From Hyaloraphidium curvatum SAG 235-1 (taxonomy: Eukaryota > Fungi > Monoblepharomycota): a stretch of DNA of 64,000 nucleotides. Below, piece after piece: positions 60,611 to 64,000 of the stretch. Numbering within the stretch: position 1 is the stretch's first letter; every line of letters starts with the position of its first letter. Under the pieces are notes generated by a model, which saw only the letters and a program-made list of their open reading frames with translations, was not told the DNA's origin and ran no database searches. The stretch lies in the NCBI GenBank assembly GCA_025558095.1, contig JAIVFI010000015.1, forward strand, positions 496,001 through 560,000, read 5' to 3'. The position numbers and the translations under genes were made by a program.

Positions 60611-63600
60611 ATGTTTGCCCAATCCAAGCGGTTCCCGGACAAACGTACGTCGGATCCCGCACGCGGAGGAAGAGCATACGGCCGACGCCGCCCGCAGAGC
60701 CGGAGCCCCTGCCGGCGCCCGGCGACTACGACGTGCACGGCTCGCTGCTCGCCGAGGACCCGAACAAGAAGTTTGGCTTCATTCAGCAGTCGCGGCGCTT
60801 CGTGTCCCCGAAACTCGGTACGCCTTGCGTGCAGCGCAGCCGGACTGCCGGATCTGACGGGCCGCAGACGAGCTGCCCATGATAATCTCGGACACGGTCT
60901 CGGAGGCGAGCTCCACCGCGCCGTCGGTGGCGTCCGCATCGGCACGGCACGGCCGGCTGTCACAGATGTCGGCATATAGGGAGGACCCGCATTTGAAGAA
61001 GGAGGTTGGGCCCGGACGCCCTTGCCGTGCTTGCCGGGAGCGCTGACGGACCCGCGTTCAGGTCGCCAAGCTCTCCGAGGTGCTCACCAAGGAGCACGCA
61101 CAACACCAAAAGACCGTGAGGACTCGTGCCTTTCTACCGGGTCGCCAAAGCTTACATGGGCCCCCGTGTGGAGCAGGTCGCGCAATTGGAGGAGAAGATG
61201 CGGACGCGGAGCAGCCAGCTCCACTCGGTGCTCAAGGAGAAATCGACGCTGCTGTCGCAAACCAAGGCCAAGGAGGCCGAAATCACGGAGCTCGCGAGCA
61301 GCGTGACCCACCTGCGGTCCAATGTGGGGCGCCCGGCTCCGGCGCGGCACCGTCTTTCCTGCTCACCGGGCCGCACCGCAGCTTGACAAGGCGGACCGCC
61401 TCATCGACACACTCACGGACAAGCTCCACAAGAGCTCGAGCACGGCCAGGAAGGCCGAGGACCTCGAGAAGCAGACGGTTCGCTTCAAGTCCTCGTACGA
61501 GCAGGCCAAGCAGACGCTGGAGCAGACCGTCCGCGAGCGCGACGAGCTCCGCGAGGCCCTGCGCACAAAGACCGGCGCAGCGGCCGAGCTCGAGGCCGAC
61601 CTGCGCGCGCAGCTGGAGCGCCTCCGCGCGGACCGCGAGGCGCTGGCCAAGAAGCTCCTGCAGGAGCGCGCCGAGACCGAGGCGCGGCTCAAGGAGCTCC
61701 GCGCCGAGGCGGCCAAGCAGCTCGGCGACATTGAGGGCTCGCGCTCCGAGACCGTCAGGGGCCTCGAGGCCCAGATAGGCCACCTGGAGGAGGAGGTGCG
61801 CAAGCTCTCCAGGGCCAACAACGAGCTCCGGCAGGCGAGCTTCCGGGAAAAGGACGAGCTCTCGGCAAAGGCCGAGTCGTATCAGCTCCGGATAAGGGTA
61901 TGGCTCTCGATTCCTTCCCGCGGAATTTGCCTGTTCGCTGACGGCGGTGACCCGCATCGCAGCAACTCGATGCCCAAATTGCCAAGCTCGAAGGCGACCA
62001 GCAGATGCTCAAGGAGGACGGCAAGCTCACGATCACGCGTGCGGAGGGCAGGATCCGGGAGCTGGAATCCAAGATCGGCACGCTGGAGCAGGACGTCGCC
62101 GCCGCGCGCAAGGCCATGTCCGAGGGCCAGGCGCGGTACCAGGCCGCGCTCAAGGACGTCGACGACGCGCGGCGGGAGGCCAAAGTCGCCGTGGACCAGT
62201 ACGAGCGCCGCATCCGGGAGCTCGAGGCCTCGTTCAACGCGCAGCTGACCGCCAAGGAGCAGGATCTGGACGGCCTGCGGGCCGAGATGGACCGCTCGTC
62301 TTCGGACGTGGTCGCCCTGCGCCGCTCGATGCAGGAGGAGCGGGACCGCTTCGAGGCTGAGAAGCTGCAGCTCCAAAAGGCCGTCGCGGAGCTGAAACAG
62401 TCCGGCGCGAGGCTGGCGAACGAGCTGTCTTCGACCCGCGACGAGCAGGAGTCAGAGCGCCTGCTGCAGGCCGAGGCGCTGAGGGCCAAGGACGAGGCCA
62501 TCGACGCCGTCAACGCCGAGATCGCCAAGCTCGAGACGCAGATGGCCATCAAGCAAAAGGAATTCCAGGCCTTCCGCGACCAGTGGACGGCGCAGCACGA
62601 GCTGTCGGAGAAGATGCTGGCCAAGCTCCGCTCCCAGAACGACGCCCTTGAGGCGGACCTGCTCGCATCCAAGGAGGAGATGGCCGCCTTCAGGCTCGAG
62701 GGTCGGGAACGGGAGAGGCGCCTCGAGTCGGAGGTCTACGAGCGCGACGTCACCGTGCGCCGCCTCGACACCCAGATCGTCGACCTCAAGGCCCGCGTCT
62801 CGCAGGGCGATTCGGACATTGCCAAGCTCGAGGAGCAGATCGCCGCGGTGCAGACCTCGCTCCTGGAGCAGGAGGCCATCTCCCAGGCCCTGAAGGACCA
62901 GGGGGTGCGCACGGCGGCTGAACACGAGCGCGTGCTGGCCTCGATCCGTGCCGACGCCGCGGCCCGGGAGAGCAAGGCCAAGGCCATGATCGCCGAGAAG
63001 GAGGAGCGGATCTCCGAGGTCCAGGCTGCCAACTCGATCCTCCTCGCCCAGATCACCCAGCACGAGGGCACCATCTCGCAGCTCAACGCCGAGGCGGACG
63101 AACTGAGCAGCCAGATCCGAGCCGTCGCCGAGACGGCCGAGGAGCTGCGCCGCGCGCTCGCGTCTTCCCAAGCCCAGGTCGCCGACAGGGAGGCCGCGGT
63201 TCAGCGCCTCGCGGCCGAGATGGAGAGCCTCACGCAGACGTACGAAGCCAGGTTCGAGCAGTCCAAGTCGGAGCTCGCCGTCCTCCGTCAGGACTTCCAG
63301 GCTGTCTCCCGCGAGCTGGCCGAGGCCAAGGCTTCCATCGCTGACCTGCAGGAGGCGAAACAGAGCGCCGAGGCGGCGATCGTCAAGATGCAGGGCGAGC
63401 ACGAGGAGGAAGCGATGGCCGCGGAGGAAGCCCGCAAGCGCCTTGGGGACGAGCTGGCCGAGGCACAAGAAACCATCGCCGGCCTTCAAGAGGCGAAGCT
63501 TACCGCCGAGGAAACCATCGTCCGCGTGCACGAGGAGTACCAGAGCAAGCTCCAGGCCTCGGAGGAACGGCAGACAGACCTCGACGACCAGCTCAGGCGG

Positions 63601-64000
63601 ATCCGGGACGACGTCGAAGCTCTCGACCACGAGAACTCGGAGCTCAAGTCGCGCGTGCGCGCTCTGGACGACGACTTGGAGGAAGCCCGATCCGAAGCCC
63701 GCGAGCTGAGGGAGCGGTCCCGCGAGGCGGAGGAGCGCAGCGCCGGCGACCTTGAGGCCGTGGAGGAGAAGTTGCGTGCTGCCGAGGAGGAGGTCGCGGA
63801 GCTCAAGGACGCCAACGAGGGCTTGCGAGACAGGCTCGCCGAATCGGAACGGGAGGTCGACCAGCTGAACGATGCGCTTTCCGAGGAAAAGGACAACGTC
63901 AGGGAGCTCCGCTCGAAGCTCGACGATGCGGAAGGGGAGGCGGAGCAGGCCAAGGAAGCGCACGAGGAGGAGGTATCGCGCCTCAAGGCCAAGGCCCGGC
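60611..64000 (+). CDS. Long coiled-coil protein with HMMR/RHAMM-like N-terminus (runs off the window)
   Basis: MFAQSKRFP...PAPGDYDV...FGFIQQSRRF followed by heptad-rich E/K/A/L exons; no stop before the window end. Confidence 0.6.

Noticed and set aside
62452-63963. 503 aa minus-strand ORF and similar long antisense ORFs elsewhere
   Set aside because: Shadow frames of GC3-rich plus-strand genes.

Overview
GC-rich, gene-dense eukaryotic DNA with many short (about 45-70 nt) spliceosomal introns. The gene set (GUP1, PBS2, COX9 plus PUF60, API5-like, Rab18, DHCR24-type reductase) suggests an early-diverging, chytrid-like fungus; this is inference. Positions 1-39.3 kb and 58-64 kb hold ordinary host genes: MAPEG, OMS1-like methyltransferase, CutC, GUP1, PUF60, DHCR24, a flavin monooxygenase, a GT2 glycosyltransferase, API5-like, a SWIM+GRF protein, an MhpD-like hydratase, Rab18, mitochondrial ThrRS, Snu114, Rab6, PBS2, RPS10, COX9 and a coiled-coil protein. 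Between PBS2 and RPS10 (about 39.4-57.8 kb) lies an 18 kb mobile-element island with all genes on the minus strand. Once introns are removed by hand it contains: (1) an intact IS630/Tc1-type transposase with an unusual DD56E spacing, a long helical extension and C2H2-like fingers, whose stop overlaps (ATGA) the start of (2) a giant, about 1609 aa, 4-intron Fanzor1 (eukaryotic TnpB-like RNA-guided nuclease) with an intact RuvC D-E-D triad; (3) a decayed paralogous DD57E transposase interrupted by a 470 bp solo LTR; (4) a non-coding block with a 20 bp-periodic motif array and a perfect hairpin; (5) a second, divergent intron-containing Fanzor1 followed by a structured omegaRNA-like 3' end finishing at a TA. 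All gene models and family calls come from reading motifs by eye; no database search was run.
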